DNA of 63,273 nucleotides, filler included, from Olpidium bornovanus S191 (Eukaryota; Fungi; Olpidiomycota): NCBI GenBank assembly GCA_017911155.1. It is 30 parts of 30 records of this genome, joined end to end, with 100 filler letters (N's around TTAATTAATTAA, not from the genome) between each part and the next. Parts side by side here need not be neighbours in the genome. Positions count along the whole stretch, not along the records: positions 20,616 to 23,355 come from JAEFCI010006437.1; positions 23,456 to 27,595 come from JAEFCI010000845.1; positions 27,696 to 31,322 come from JAEFCI010009959.1; positions 31,423 to 33,501 come from JAEFCI010008815.1; 26 more parts are not named here. One strand, 5' to 3'. Shown piece by piece: positions 20,982 to 33,180 of this stretch (position 1 is its first letter; each line of letters starts with the position of its first letter). The notes under the pieces were generated by a model. It saw only the letters and a program-made list of their open reading frames with translations, ran no database searches and was not told where the DNA came from. The position numbers and the translations under genes were made by a program.

Positions 20982-22817
20982 ATGGTTTCCGGTTCGAAAC
21001 CGGGCGGTCCGGACCACGAAGTCTTCCTCCTGCCCTACAGACTGTCCCTCGCGCGACTCCAAAAGAACAACCTTGCCAGGTGCACGCATCAGCTCCTGCG
21101 ACTGGCAATATTTCCGAACGAGTGAGTCGCTTTCGCAGCCGCAGGCCGAACCGCGCGCGCGCGCGCGGGAGAGGGAAAACGTTTTAGCCTGATCCGCGTT
21201 CCCGCAGGCGGCAGAAGATGTTCTCGTTTACCGAAGTGCTCAATGACATAACGTTGATCGTCGACCGGGATACGGTGCCGCTGTTCCCGGAGGGGACCCT
21301 GGAGGTGTCGCCGATAACGTGGCGTGCGCTGCTCGTGGACACGGGTGCAGAGGGCCAAGGTTGGTTTGGTGGCATACGCAGCAGAAGTCGGCAGTAGGGG
21401 GAGTTCGGCTGAGCTCGGCCGTTTTTGTTCCTCCAGTCGTCAACCTTGTGAAGGCAATTTCGAACCCTCTTGCAAACGCGAACATTCCTATTATGCAGAT
21501 GTCTACGTACGAATCCGACGTCACCTTGGTACTTGGCACTCGTTTCTTCCGTGCTCCGGCGGTTATGTTCCGTATCCTCTATCTTCCATACTGAAAAGAC
21601 GCTTTGTGGTTCGTTAGGTGCCTGAGTGCGATTTGGGGAAAGCTGTCGGTTGTCTTACATCAACATTTCGTTTGATCGACGTACCGAAAGAAGTCTATTG
21701 TGAGAAAGCGATAAAGACGTTCGATGAAAGCAAAGGAGAGGAAAAGCAGTCGGCCTTGACGGATTCACCTCCGAGAGACAGCGGCTTTTCTAACGCAGGC
21801 CCTGACGTTGTGGACGAGGGCTACTGCTCACGATCGAGCTCGATCGCGGATCCAAGTACGATCGTAGATCCGAGAGCGCCGGCGAACACGGTGCTGTCGT
21901 TGCCTGCCGAGGCAGACGCAATCGGAAATATTGAGACGCACCACACCGGTGGCACGGTGACTGCCTCCCCGACGACGGTCGCAACGAACGCGTGGAAAGG
22001 ATGCGCCGACGAGATTCAACGAACCCTCAGTCCTTGCATAGCCAGCGACCTGTTTATTACGAGCATAAGCGAACACTCGCTGTCCACGTTTGCCACACGA
22101 CTGATCGAACTGCTGTTTTTCAGCGACCGGTAAGCCGGACTTTTTTTTTTCCGATTCCGCGGCCGATTATGCCCCGCTGCGTTTGTTGTAACTCCCTTTT
22201 TTTCCCCGGAACGTCTCAGCCGCGACCGCTTTCTCTCTTTCACACGTTCAACTACTGCGAACGTATCTTTGATTCTTGACCAGCAGACCCTTGACCTCTT
22301 CGAGCCGCATTCGGTTCAGACACTAGGAGGCGCGTGGCGCATGATCAGGGTTGGGCCGTACGCCGGCGAAGATCTGGCAGTCCCTTACGACGCGGAGCCC
22401 GGCTGGTTTCTGGAGCAGTGCGGAATCGTCCGTGACAGCGTCGAGAGGATAGCGGACCTGGGCATAACGGATGTTTTCTATCTCAGCACGTTCACCAGCG
22501 ACTGGGTGATGGTACGCCCGGTTTTTACCAAATTTGCAACCGGAACACGGAAACCCCCTTTCCCCGCCCGAAGTTGTCTACGATTCGGTCTTGATGTCCG
22601 CAAAAACTGAATCCAACTCACTCTAAGCTGCAATGCCAACCAGGTCTCTGACCAAGATTTCGCAAAAGCTCACGCCGCGTTGGCGTCAGCCTTTCCGGAC
22701 CGAAAAACGGCGGACGTCTGTTCCGCCGGCCACCCGGTCGGTACGCAAGCGTCGCACCGGCGAACCAGGCGGCCGTCGCGAAACATCAGCCGTTCCGGCT
22801 ACATCGGGCCGCCGTAG
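20982..22817 (+). CDS. CASTOR/GATS-like four-ACT-domain amino-acid sensor, apparently complete
   Basis: ATG 20982, TAG 22815-22817. Spliced VFLLPYRLSL..THQLLRLAIFP|FSFTEVLNDITLIVD..|ISNPLANANIPIMQMSTYESDVTLV|..SLILD..WRMIRVG..QCGIV..FYLSTFTSDWVM|VSDQDF follows the CASTOR1 motif order. Confidence 0.85.
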
Positions 22818-23878
22818 TCGCGCCGCAAAAGCTCGACGCCAAGAAGGAAGTAAAGGACGTTCCAAGTACATTATGAAGCACGTCACAACCGGTCGTAACC
22901 GCGGCGCCTGGGTTCTATTTATTTTGTTTCTTATAATAAGCCTCGCCGCCTCTTCGAATAGCCGCTGGAGCGTTTTCCAATCGTGTTCGTCATCCACATG
23001 TCGCCATAGGCAGATCGTTCCATCTCATTTTTCCCGAACCCGCGAAGTCTGGGCTCTTGCAAAAGACATTCTCTCAGCAGTGATTTGAGACAGTTGGATC
23101 ACGACGCGGTTTGGGCAAGTGCGGCAGTAAGCCATTTCCTGTGGGTGGGGGGGGGGCCGCATTACAGCTGTTTGCTCATCGGGGCGGCAGCCGAGCCACT
23201 TATCGTCGAAGGGTCTGCCTGGCCGGGTGGTGTCAGACGCACAGCAAGCCCGACGATCTGACTACCATTGGCAGGGGAGGGCGGGGGATGAGGGGGCGAA
23301 GGCGGACCGGGGTGCATATATATAATATTATGGTTGCAATATACAGATTTCCATGNNNNNNNNNNNNNNNNNNNNNNNNNNNNNNNNNNNNNNNNNNNNT
23401 TAATTAATTAANNNNNNNNNNNNNNNNNNNNNNNNNNNNNNNNNNNNNNNNNNNNCAGTAGATTGAAGCAATTTTTATGCAACGCGAAATACTTTCTCTC
23501 CACGACAATAACGTCTTCTGCCTAGTCCCCAGACCGGGCCAGAGGACGTATGCCGACCGGGATCTCCAAGTCATGATTAGTATGACGGGCCACGAGCGTT
23601 GCCAGACCGAAACCGCTAGTAAGCAATTGACAGTGAAACCAGTGTAACCGGAGCGCTGTTCAAATTGTTATACAATATGTTCCATCGACATAACTGTGAA
23701 CCGGAATGAATCGCATTAAGATATGCAAGGGTGGCCAAAGCGCACTGATGGTCACACTCTGGACGGTTGGTAGCCGGTCTCATGTACATATGTACAAGAC
23801 GAAAATAGATATTATTACCACGCCTTGCGATAATGCCGTGTGGTTGCCCAATCGGCAACGACGAATTTCCAGATCTTC

Positions 23879-25270
23879 TTATCTCGACCGAAGAACAAGT
23901 GTGTAGGTATGGATGGCCTTAAGAGAACTGTAAGGTATATGGGCATGAAGACACGAATCGCGGCTTTAGAATATTGCAAAACGCAGGACAAGTAGGAAAG
24001 TAGGCTCGTATTGAAGGGAAACGGCGGTCCACGTACACAAGGAAGAGCACCGTGAGAATGGTCTTGACGACGAACCAAACGGTTGACATGGCAGGACTCT
24101 AAAGTCGAATAGGAACGTATGACATAGCTTTCCAGTTAGATCACAATCTTACGTGACGTTGCGGACGGGAAGCAGAACACGCACCATGTTCTCGCCCTAC
24201 AATGCAGAGTAAGTCCAAAATCATTTGTCAAGCATCCCATTCGCCCTGTCATAGGCGGTGAACACAGATATAAATTCCGCATGAAGGTGATAAATCTTAC
24301 TCCTGACTGCAGCCACTGCGTGATTAGCTGCAGGAAGGTCCACACCCAGTTGAAAATGCAACATATCCTGTTTGCCAGACAAATGTGTTGTCAACGAGAA
24401 GTTCCGCTGCGAGCGATCCTTCGGACGATTTCCCGGTGACTAGCTTTAGGCGCCGCACCCGTACGCCTTGATCCATTCAGGGATAAGCTGTAGCAAAACA
24501 GAATTGTGCAAGCAGGAATGATTGATGATTGATGTTATACGTCACGTAACTTTGCCCTAATTTCATACTCGCGTCAAAATTCAGTCGAAGCCCGAGACCA
24601 TACCCTATATACGCCCCAGAACCCAACGCAGCAGGCGAGGATGTTGAATAAGCCCAGCAAGATCCAAATGAGGTTCGTCGGCGGAATGAGCATGAAAGGG
24701 AAAAGCCTGTGTGCAAGGGAAGGGGGGGGGTGTGGGTGGGAGGAGTAAAGTTCGCGACAGTCATCCAAGATTAGACAAGGCGGAAAAGCCTCCACGTCTA
24801 CCATCGGCGAGCAGGCACGCGCGGAAACGGTGAGAAAGCAACAACCAGAAATAACCAACAAGTAATCGAAAGACTTACAGCATCACGGTTAACACCGCGA
24901 AAACCTGAAGAAGAAACGAACCAGAGTTAAATTTCCCCAGCCTTATCCTAAACATGAGGGCGGTGCCGTTGCATGAAAACCTAACTAGGTCAATTCCAAT
25001 GAAAACCATAGTCTGAACCGCACCGCCCAAAGAAGAAACAACAACAGTTAGCCAAAAAAGTGGGCAAATGCCCCCGGGTTATCAGTTTCGGGGAGCGCTT
25101 CTTTTCGCAAGCCGCGCACCTCCTGTCCCGTGGACAGCTTTATCTGCAACACCCACCGCGTGCCTCAACTCCACGTTGAACACCGCGCTCTTCGGCACTG
25201 GCACCGCCGGATCCGGCGACGCGCGCTGGGCGTTGGCGAACGAGCGCGCATACTCGCTGATTCTGCCCAT
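23879..25270 (-). CDS. Small four-TM membrane protein (LAPTM/Kei1/tetraspanin-like topology) encoded by many micro-exons
   Basis: Hand-spliced: MGRISEY..FNVELRHA|..VFAVLTVML|LFPFML..LIWILLGLFNILACCVGFWGVYR|..LIPEWIKAYG|ICCIFNWVWTFLQLITQWLQSG|GENMVRVLLPVRNVT|..FSLKAIHTYTLVLRSR*. Several junctions are tentative. Confidence 0.5.
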
Positions 25271-26121
25271 CGTGGAGTAGCGCTTCGGGGGCTAGCTGCG
25301 GCGAAGAGGCGAATGTGGCGGGGTGAGTGGGAGTGTTGAGGTTTTTGCGTGTGTTTGTGCCGAGGAGGCCCGGCTAGGCCGGGGCAAATTTTGCCACCGC
25401 TACCCACCCTCGCCCCGCCCCCACCATTTGTTTCGCTCGGCGCGGCAACTCCGCACGCACGCCACACACAACGAGCAGAGCCTGCCCGGCCGGTCACATA
25501 AAAACGAGCAAAGCGTTTGCCCGCGTGGCCGCAGAAGTGATCTCGGAAACGTCACCGCGCCGGCGATGCGGCGGGAGCTCGCGTGTGGAGAGCGCGACCG
25601 TTGGCTTTCTCTTTTTGCGTATCCCCCCCCCCCCCCCCCCCCAAGGCCCGTAATGTGCGCATTTTGGGCATTGCGTGCCCGTGCGATTCCGCGGTGTATT
25701 CGGTGCCAAATCCACCTTCGCAGCAGGGTTGTACCGCAGGATTTGGGCTGTCAAGGCCCAGATGATTTCAAGCAGCACCCGTAGCATTGGCCGGGGTCAC
25801 CCGGGGTGTCCTGTGGGCTCCGGGGTGCCCAAAAAGGGGCGGGATTCTGCTGCGGAGCCGTCCCCCCGCCCGTTTCTGGGGGCCCCCCCCATTACGTATA
25901 TTATTTGACCTTGGGCCCTCCGTGATTAATTTTTTTTTTTTTGCGAATTGGAATGCAATTAAGTGACACTTACCTGGTACCGCCCCCCCCCGCGTGGCAT
26001 TTTTATATTCCATCTTCCGCCCTGCTCCGACGCCTGCGCAGTGTTCCGTGCGACGGCGGACTGAAACCGACGGCACGCAGCGTTTGCTGCCAGCACCGGA
26101 AACGGCGGAAGTATACCCGGA

Positions 26122-27237
26122 ATGACCCTGCCACGACCGCCGTTGCTCCTCGAGCGGATCGAAGCTTGCCGCGTTGCTGCGAGGGCCCAGGCGTCCAGGG
26201 CCACCATCCTGGCTTGCGATTTCGACGAAACTCTAACGGCGCAGGACTCGCTGGCGCTGTTGGCGCTCCTGGCGCACGGAAAGACGATGAGCCCACGCGA
26301 CGCGGGAGGAGGAGGGTGCCGCTGTGGGAAGACGCTGACCGGTCCCGCTGAGATCAATGCCTGCCCTCGCTGGTCCTCGCTCGTGGACGCGTACCTAGCC
26401 GACCTTGGCGCGCACCGCTCGGCCTGGCGGGTTGGCGCGGAGGAGCGAGCGCGCCGGCGCCCGCCGACGCAGGGCCCAGCGGCGGTTGCCGAGTACCTCG
26501 CCCACCTGGACGCTGAGAACGCGCTGGACGCCGCGTCCCTCCAGCGCGTCCGGGAGTCCCGGTGCCTGGCGGGCTTGACGCGCGAGGAAATCTTTGCGCT
26601 CGGCGCCAAAGTGCCTCTGCGGCCCGCGGCCGCACGGACGTTGAGGAGGTTTCTTGCTGCGGCCAAGGGCGACGACGGCCGCCACCGGAGGGAACTTCAC
26701 GTAGTCTCGGTCAACTGGAGCCGGGACCTCATCCTGGGCACCCTCACCGCCGCCGTTGAGCCGCAGGCGGACGAGGCGTGGGTAGCCTCCAGTGACCTGG
26801 AGTTTGTCGATGGTATCTCCACCGGCGCAGTCCGCGCCCAGTTGCTCGTCGGCGGGGACAAGAGGGAGCGCTTTATGGAGATCGGGCGCAGAGCGGCCGA
26901 CGCTGGGTACCACCCGGTCAGGACGATCTATGTCGGAGACTCAGTTAATGACCTGGCATGTCTGTGTGAGTTCTGCCCGGGCCTCCTGTCTACTTATATA
27001 ACAAAAAGGTTTGATACGTTCTCATGGGAGCTTTGCGCTGTTCCGGTAGTGGTGGCGGACGTCGGGATTATAATGGGATGCAACGCCACCCTAGACGAGG
27101 CCTGCAAGGAGCTCGGGGTGGCCGTTTTGGGCGTCAAAAACGCTTTGGAGATACCACGTCCTTCAGATGGCGGCCAAGTTTTATACAGGGCGAACGGTTG
27201 GGAAGAATTGGATGACAGCGGCGTCTTGTTGACGTGA
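26122..27237 (+). CDS. HAD-superfamily hydrolase (CTO1/UPF0655, thiamine-phosphate-phosphatase-like)
   Basis: Motif I CDFDETLT, motif II VVSVNWS, motif IV YVGDSVNDLACL, then ADVGIIMG. Probable in-frame intron from GTGAGT ~26966. Confidence 0.85.
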   Translation: MTLPRPPLLLERIEACRVAARAQASRATILACDFDETLTAQDSLALLALLAHGKTMSPRDAGGGGCRCGKTLTGPAEINACPRWSSLVDAYLADLGAHRSAWRVGAEERARRRPPTQGPAAVAEYLAHLDAENALDAASLQRVRESRCLAGLTREEIFALGAKVPLRPAAARTLRRFLAAAKGDDGRHRRELHVVSVNWSRDLILGTLTAAVEPQADEAWVASSDLEFVDGISTGAVRAQLLVGGDKRERFMEIGRRAADAGYHPVRTIYVGDSVNDLACLCEFCPGLLSTYITKRFDTFSWELCAVPVVVADVGIIMGCNATLDEACKELGVAVLGVKNALEIPRPSDGGQVLYRANGWEELDDSGVLLT

Positions 27238-27410
27238 AATGGCACCAACTATGACTTGAAATAATTTTTTAACAATCCGCTTTTTGCTGAACTTGGAAGC
27301 TCGAGATACAGCCCAATGAGGAAAACAGCATACGGGGTTTCCAGGAAACTTATGCTTATGTCCTACGCCCAAGAACTATTTGTTTGCGGAACAGCCAGAA
27401 ATGTGCAAGA

Positions 27411-27595
27411 TATTGTGGAATAAGGGGTACCGCTATATTTTCCGATACTTATGCGGTACTGAGGACCTTGGACTTTACTACCAACGCCGGATACACTGCT
27501 TGCGGGATATGCCGATGCGGGATACCTTTTGACCCAATCAGGCTAAGTCCAAATTGGTTATTTTTTTTCCTGCGACAAGGAACTGTAATTCCATG
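27411..27595 (+). pseudogene. Ty1/copia RT-RNase H junction remnant
   Basis: With frameshifts: W...YIFRYLCGTEDLGLYY..LAGYADAGYL.DP...KSQIGY.F...GTVIPW. Confidence 0.85.
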
Positions 27596-28206
27596 NNNNN
27601 NNNNNNNNNNNNNNNNNNNNNNNNNNNNNNNNNNNNNNNTTAATTAATTAANNNNNNNNNNNNNNNNNNNNNNNNNNNNNNNNNNNNNNNNNNNNCATGA
27701 GTACTAATCAACGCAGTTGCCTTGATGTATAGATCAGAGCGTTTCGCCATCACCGTTGGCAAATTCAAAGCACGCGCTACACTTTTGACCATCCTCCATC
27801 CCTGGCCACAGCCACATTCAGAAATCGCCTCCGAGACCACGTCTCCAGTACAGCATATCAGCTGTCCCAACAGCGGCCAATAGCCCGTCCAAGGTGATTT
27901 CGCCTGTTGAAATTCTTCACGGAAGACTGGTTTGCCGCCGCTCGCTGATACTCTTGAGGGGTTTTTTTCACGCCGCTCTGTTTATTGCTCAGTCGGAACC
28001 ACTCAGATCTTGCTCGGAAATCTCCACCTCTCAATCTGTTGGGCGCTAATCGGCAAGAATCACTACTCAATTTTCCTGGTGTGACGATGGCACCTGCTGC
28101 AGACACCGCTTAAGTGTCCATTTGGCCACTTCGTGCACCTGCGCACCCCACCCTGCCGGCCTATTCGGCCCCACTTTGCCGCGAGCTTAATTCCGTCTCT
28201 CGTGTG

Positions 28207-29160
28207 TCAACCGGACGGGTTGTAGTGCGCCGGCCCGACGTCCGTCTTCACATTCCTGAACTTGGACGGGTTGGCGAAGACCTCGTATTCCGTTATTATC
28301 GGATCCGGCGGGATCTAAATCATTTGGAAGGCAAAATAGGTCAGCAGCGCGTGTCCCCCCCCGCGGAATGACACTAGCGCCAGGCGTCCGATGAGTTTTC
28401 GTGACGCCGCACAGCCACGCATACTTCCGTCCACTCTCCCTTTAGGCCGATGTAGTACACCCTGGTGACGTCTTCGCCATAGTTTTCGGGTATGTACAGT
28501 GTCAGGTTGCGAACACTGCCAAATTTTGTTATTCTGCGCCAGATTCGTCTGCCCGTCAGTAAAAGCGCGACAATAACGGCCTTTCGCCCCGAACGCCTTG
28601 GCGGACGAAAGACAATTCCCGGCCCGTTGCTAAACGACCTTGCTTTTTTTGCTGACCTCGTGTTGTATTCCACGGGCTCCGGCGCATCCCTCGCCAGTTC
28701 CCCCTCCTGCGTGCACTCCATGGATTCGACGGTGTCGAAGTCGACGTCCTCACGGTTGATGAAGCTGACAGGGTTTTTTTGTTCAAGTCCGGACGCTCGT
28801 ACCCAGTCGAACCTCGCCATTGAAACCCCACGTTCATCGAACCAGAATATGCCAGAAAACGAACTCACGCCTTCAACCGCGACGGGCTCGCGCCGCCGGG
28901 GCCTCCCCATATGCTCACTGACTTCAGTTTGACCAGCCCGGTGAAGCTGGAGATTGCAAGCAAGTCGAGGAAGGGCTTATCAGACCAGTGCCGCGCGTTG
29001 CCCTCGCGATCAATCCTAGTGCACCGCCGGCGTGCGCCTGCGACGATTCGATATCGGCGACGAGACGCACAGCGGTTGCCAGCTGCCCGCGGGCACGGAG
29101 CCACAACACCTTACGGGACGAATATGATGAGAGTCTCGTCCGCGTCCGAATCGAGAAACT
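28207..29160 (-). CDS. PITHD1: PITH domain-containing protein 1, 5' exons unresolved
   Basis: LDSDADETLIIFVP|FTGLVKLKSVSIWGGPGGASPSRLKA|FINREDVDFD..VEYNTR|ITKFGSVRNLTLYIPENYGEDVTRVYYIGLKGEWTE|..IITEYEVFANPS; TGA 28209-28207. Confidence 0.92.
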
Positions 29161-29825
29161 GGCGCGAAACCGCCGTCCGTTTTTGGGAAATCGATCAAGA
29201 CGGTCAGCTCGCACAAGTCGACGTGCGGCGAAGTTCGAAGGCGCGACGCCCGCGGGGATTACTCAGCGTCGTCGCGTGATGTCCCTCCTCCCCCCCCCCC
29301 CCCCCCCCCCCCCTCCCCCCCGCCCGCCCTTTTGCCCTTCTTGGCTCCTCACGCTGTCTGCTGGCGCCGTAATGCCGGCCCGCAAACTACCGGGTCAGCT
29401 CTTTCCCATGCAAACGCTGGCGGTTGCCCCGCAACCGCACCCAGGGAACCGCGGCCGTGTTCCGCAACGCCGCTCCAGCGCCATGGCGTTGGCACCTGCG
29501 GGATAGTACGTGTTACACAGGAGAAAAGAAGGAAAAGAGGACACGACCGATTCACTGCGAAGGTTTCTCCACCATAGCGGGAGCCCGCGCAATTTGAAGT
29601 TTATTTGCCCGGCTGTGTTGCCGCAGGCCCCGCAGAGAAGTGGCGAAATGCACTCCACAGGGATGGCCGCTGCAGCAGGGGACCCCAGTGTGCGTGTCCC
29701 GCACAAGAGTGCAAAAGTTTCAACGCGACCGCGGGAATGGGGCACACTGGCGCTCGTGATTTTCTTAAATTCAGATGGTTTAAAAAAACCGCGTCGTAGT
29801 CTGGGAGGCATAAACCTCGTTTTTC

Positions 29826-31220
29826 CTATTCCGCCTGCTGCTCGGTGAACGCCGGGTACGTTTGCGACACCTCCTTCCAGGTCACCAACCCCTCCACCAG
29901 GTCCTTGAGAACCTCGAGGATGACGTCCACCTGCAATTCACCAAATGAATAAAAAGCCAAAGTGAGAAGCAATCCCGATTTTGAAAAACCCGGCACCAGA
30001 GCATAGAAACAGCATATCGCGGGCTTCTTGTACCGTCTCACGGATCTGCTTGGTTGAGTCGCGTTCGCGAAGCGTGATCGTGTTGTCCTTAACGGTCTGG
30101 AAGTCGACAGTGATGCCGAAGGGCGTACCGAGCTCATCGTTTCTGGCGTACCGCTTGCCGACGGAGGCCGATGAGTCGTCGGTTCTCATGGCGATGCCGA
30201 GGCGGCGGATCTTCTTCGCTGCGCAAAACGGCGTAAGATGGACGGGGAAAGCAGAGCAAAAAGCCGCCGTTGACAGTTTTAGAACAGGTACAGCCTGCCA
30301 TTCGAGACACTTACACAGTTGCCTTGTGGGTTCAATCAGACTCTCGTGACCGCTAAGTGGGAGAAGGAGCACTTTGCACGGCGCGATGCTTGCTGGGAAC
30401 GAAAACACCGACCGAGCTCCGTCCCCGTCGCGAATCCACCACAAATGCTCGATCAGCGAGTACAGGATGCGGCCAATGCCAAACGAGGGTTCGATGACAT
30501 TAGGGGTGTATTCCCTGACTTCAAGGTTGACGGGTGCAAAGAAGCCCGTCCAAATTAGAAATTAAACTGGTTCAACATCGCATGGGCTTTTTTTGCCGTT
30601 ATTCAAACCAGCGAAGAAAGCACCACGATGACGACATACCATTCTCAGTTACAACCCGTTTTTCGACGGTGACCATCTCACTGGTCACAGTATGATCAGT
30701 GGTGTCGACAGTGATCGTGACAGAACTGTGACAACAAGCCATCGGAGTCCAATACAACATCAGCGGCAGAACCTGCTTGGTTACCTTCTTGGTTTCAACA
30801 ATTACCCGGAAAAGGTGAACAAGTAATCAAATCTTCACCCTTTAACTTTCATCTCTTCCGCCATTGTCTCCAGCTGGCACTGGTCCATGGCCAGGATTCT
30901 CTCCTCAACAGGTTTTGCTGCCTTCTTGAGTGTCATGCCGAAGGCTTTGCGGTTGAATTCAGTGAGCCACCGCTCGGCGGTGACGGGCTCGGCAAGCTGT
31001 TCGCGGACAATGAGTGGAACGCCGGTCCGCTTGGCGTGTACCGAGAGGTCATACGCAGAGCGGTCCGCGCACCCTACGCACTCGATCCAGCCCTGGAACG
31101 GACACCGGATATGGTAGGGTATGTCAGATGGACGACTGAAAATAATGCCTGAAGGTCCCCTCACTGATGTCGATGATAACTCACGTAGCTACTCAGAATT
31201 TCCGCGTCCCAGCAGTCTGA
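29826..31220 (-). CDS. GRS1: Glycyl-tRNA synthetase, C-terminal half
   Basis: CWDAEILSSY|GWIECVGCADRSAYDL; PNVIEPSFGIGRILY; DDSSASVGKRYARNDELGTPFGITVDFQT. Confidence 0.97.
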
Positions 31221-31924
31221 AAAGGAAAACAACGCGCACACGTCACCCAATTCAATCAGAAGTGCGGATTAACACTCTACGATGACAAAACGCACTATCC
31301 GACTGTCCCGACCCACCGCATGNNNNNNNNNNNNNNNNNNNNNNNNNNNNNNNNNNNNNNNNNNNNTTAATTAATTAANNNNNNNNNNNNNNNNNNNNNN
31401 NNNNNNNNNNNNNNNNNNNNNNAAGTGCGTGTTGCGTGGATCTGTTAATTCTAACAGCCAACATCTCGGCAATGGTGTCTATTTATACCCTTTGCTCCCG
31501 GTGACCGTTGTCCTTGGAGCCGTGGGGATAATCCAGCCCATGTGTGGCCCAACCCGTGTGTGGCTCAACCGGGTGTGTCAACCCGTGTATGGCCCAACTG
31601 GGTGTGGCGCCACACCCGGTGCAGTCAAGGGGGAAGGGCACACATTGGGGCGGGGTCCCCACACTCGTGGTGCCGGTTGGCGCCCTAGGGGGGTGGCCCA
31701 CGTTGTGGGGAGGGGTCCCCCTGGTCCCCTCTGCCAGCTTGGGATGGGGGGGACCTCTCCGTGCTGGGGGAGTGGGAGGACACGCCATACGCTCTGTTAC
31801 AGCAGGCGCAGTTGCCCCTTGGAAACTGCCTGCAGGGCAGCATTGTTCCCGACTCGAATCGTTCGTGATGCATCCTCGATGTCACGGAGCGGAGCGAGCG
31901 TTGCTGCAATATGATAGAAAATTC

Positions 31925-32400
31925 CACTGTAATAAATAATATATTATACTATATAAATTTCCTATAAATAAATAACTTATATAATATTAATTATAATTGA
32001 AATTTGTATCAAATTTTATTTGTAAAATAATAAATATTTTTAGTTTAGTAATTAAAAATCAATCCATTGTTAGCATTAATTAATCAAGTAATTGGATTCC
32101 TAAATTATATAAATAAATATTTAATAAGTTTATTGATTATAATAAATATACTTTATTACTATACCTTCGAGAAGATCGACAACATATTTGAACCCTTGAG
32201 TCCAATCTTACATATTTATATAGTAATTTATATAGTTATTTGTAATAAAGATACGATTAGTGTAGAACCAAACCATTATGAATTTCTATCTTTGTAGAAA
32301 TATTATGGTATAGATTTGACAGATATAACATAACATATGATTAATTTATTACACTGTGCACCCAGTAACTCTATTTCAGAGTTACTTTATACAATACTTT
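31925..32400. other. Abrupt very AT-rich block
   Basis: Roughly 15-25% GC by eye versus about 55-60% in both flanks. Confidence 0.9.
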
Positions 32401-32471
32401 TCCACGGTGTACTCCAATCAATTGCATCAGAATTGAGCCAAAGAGGCTAATGGCTGATATTACATCTAAAC

Positions 32472-33180
32472 TTAGCAGTATTCCTTCACCGACTTGCGTA
32501 CGATCGGTGGCCAGAAGCGCCACCGGCTCCTTGTCTCCGTTTCCTTGTCTCCTTCCTCCACAATATGTGCATTCGCGCTGTCGGTGCTCTCGGTGGCACC
32601 AGCCCCGGTGCTTTTGGAATTCCCGCTGCCATTCTTAGAGCTTCCGCCTTCGCTGCTCCCGGCCGCGTTTGGTTGACAGCATTCAGCGGCAGAATGCCCT
32701 TTCTTACCACAATTGAAGCACTCGAAATTTTTCTTCCTCTTCACTGTATCACTCTTCTCCTGGGATCCTTTTCGCTCGATTGACTTATTCCGTTTTGCCG
32801 CCACCAGCGCGCTTGCGTTGCTCTCCTCGGAGACCGCCCCTTCTGTGCGCCGACGTCTGTTATCGGATTCTTGTCTAGGTTTTCTCCTTCCGGCGCCAAC
32901 GGATGACGGCGTGTCTCTCCTGCGTCAACGGAAGGCGCGGCTCCGCGAGGCTCCTCTCCCTTTGCGGCGCGTTCTCGCCGCTCTCGTCGACAGACGGCGA
33001 GGCTCCTCTCGCTTCGCGGCGCGTTCTCGCCGACTGACGGCAAAATTCTTCTCCCCTGTCGTTCTCGCCGACTGACGGCAAGGCTTCTCCCCCTTCACGG
33101 CGCGCAGACCGACGGATGGAGGGGTTGACGGGGGAAAGTTGCGCGTTCACCGGCAGGTCAGTCCTCTTGGGCTCATAACC
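32472..33180 (-). mobile_element. 5' part of a Ty1/copia element: half-tRNA-iMet PBS, repetitive leader, gag zinc knuckle
   Basis: PBS GGTTATGAGCCC (33180-33169); duplicated leader units (ttctcgccgactgacggcaa x2); CFNCGKKGHSAAEC (CX2CX4HX4C) in ORF 32804-32472. Confidence 0.8.

Noticed and set aside
22860-23100. Minus-strand kinase- or WD-like peptides (CLKSLLRECLLQEPRLR; DGTICLWR)
   Set aside because: Short, in different frames, and without consistent splice sites.
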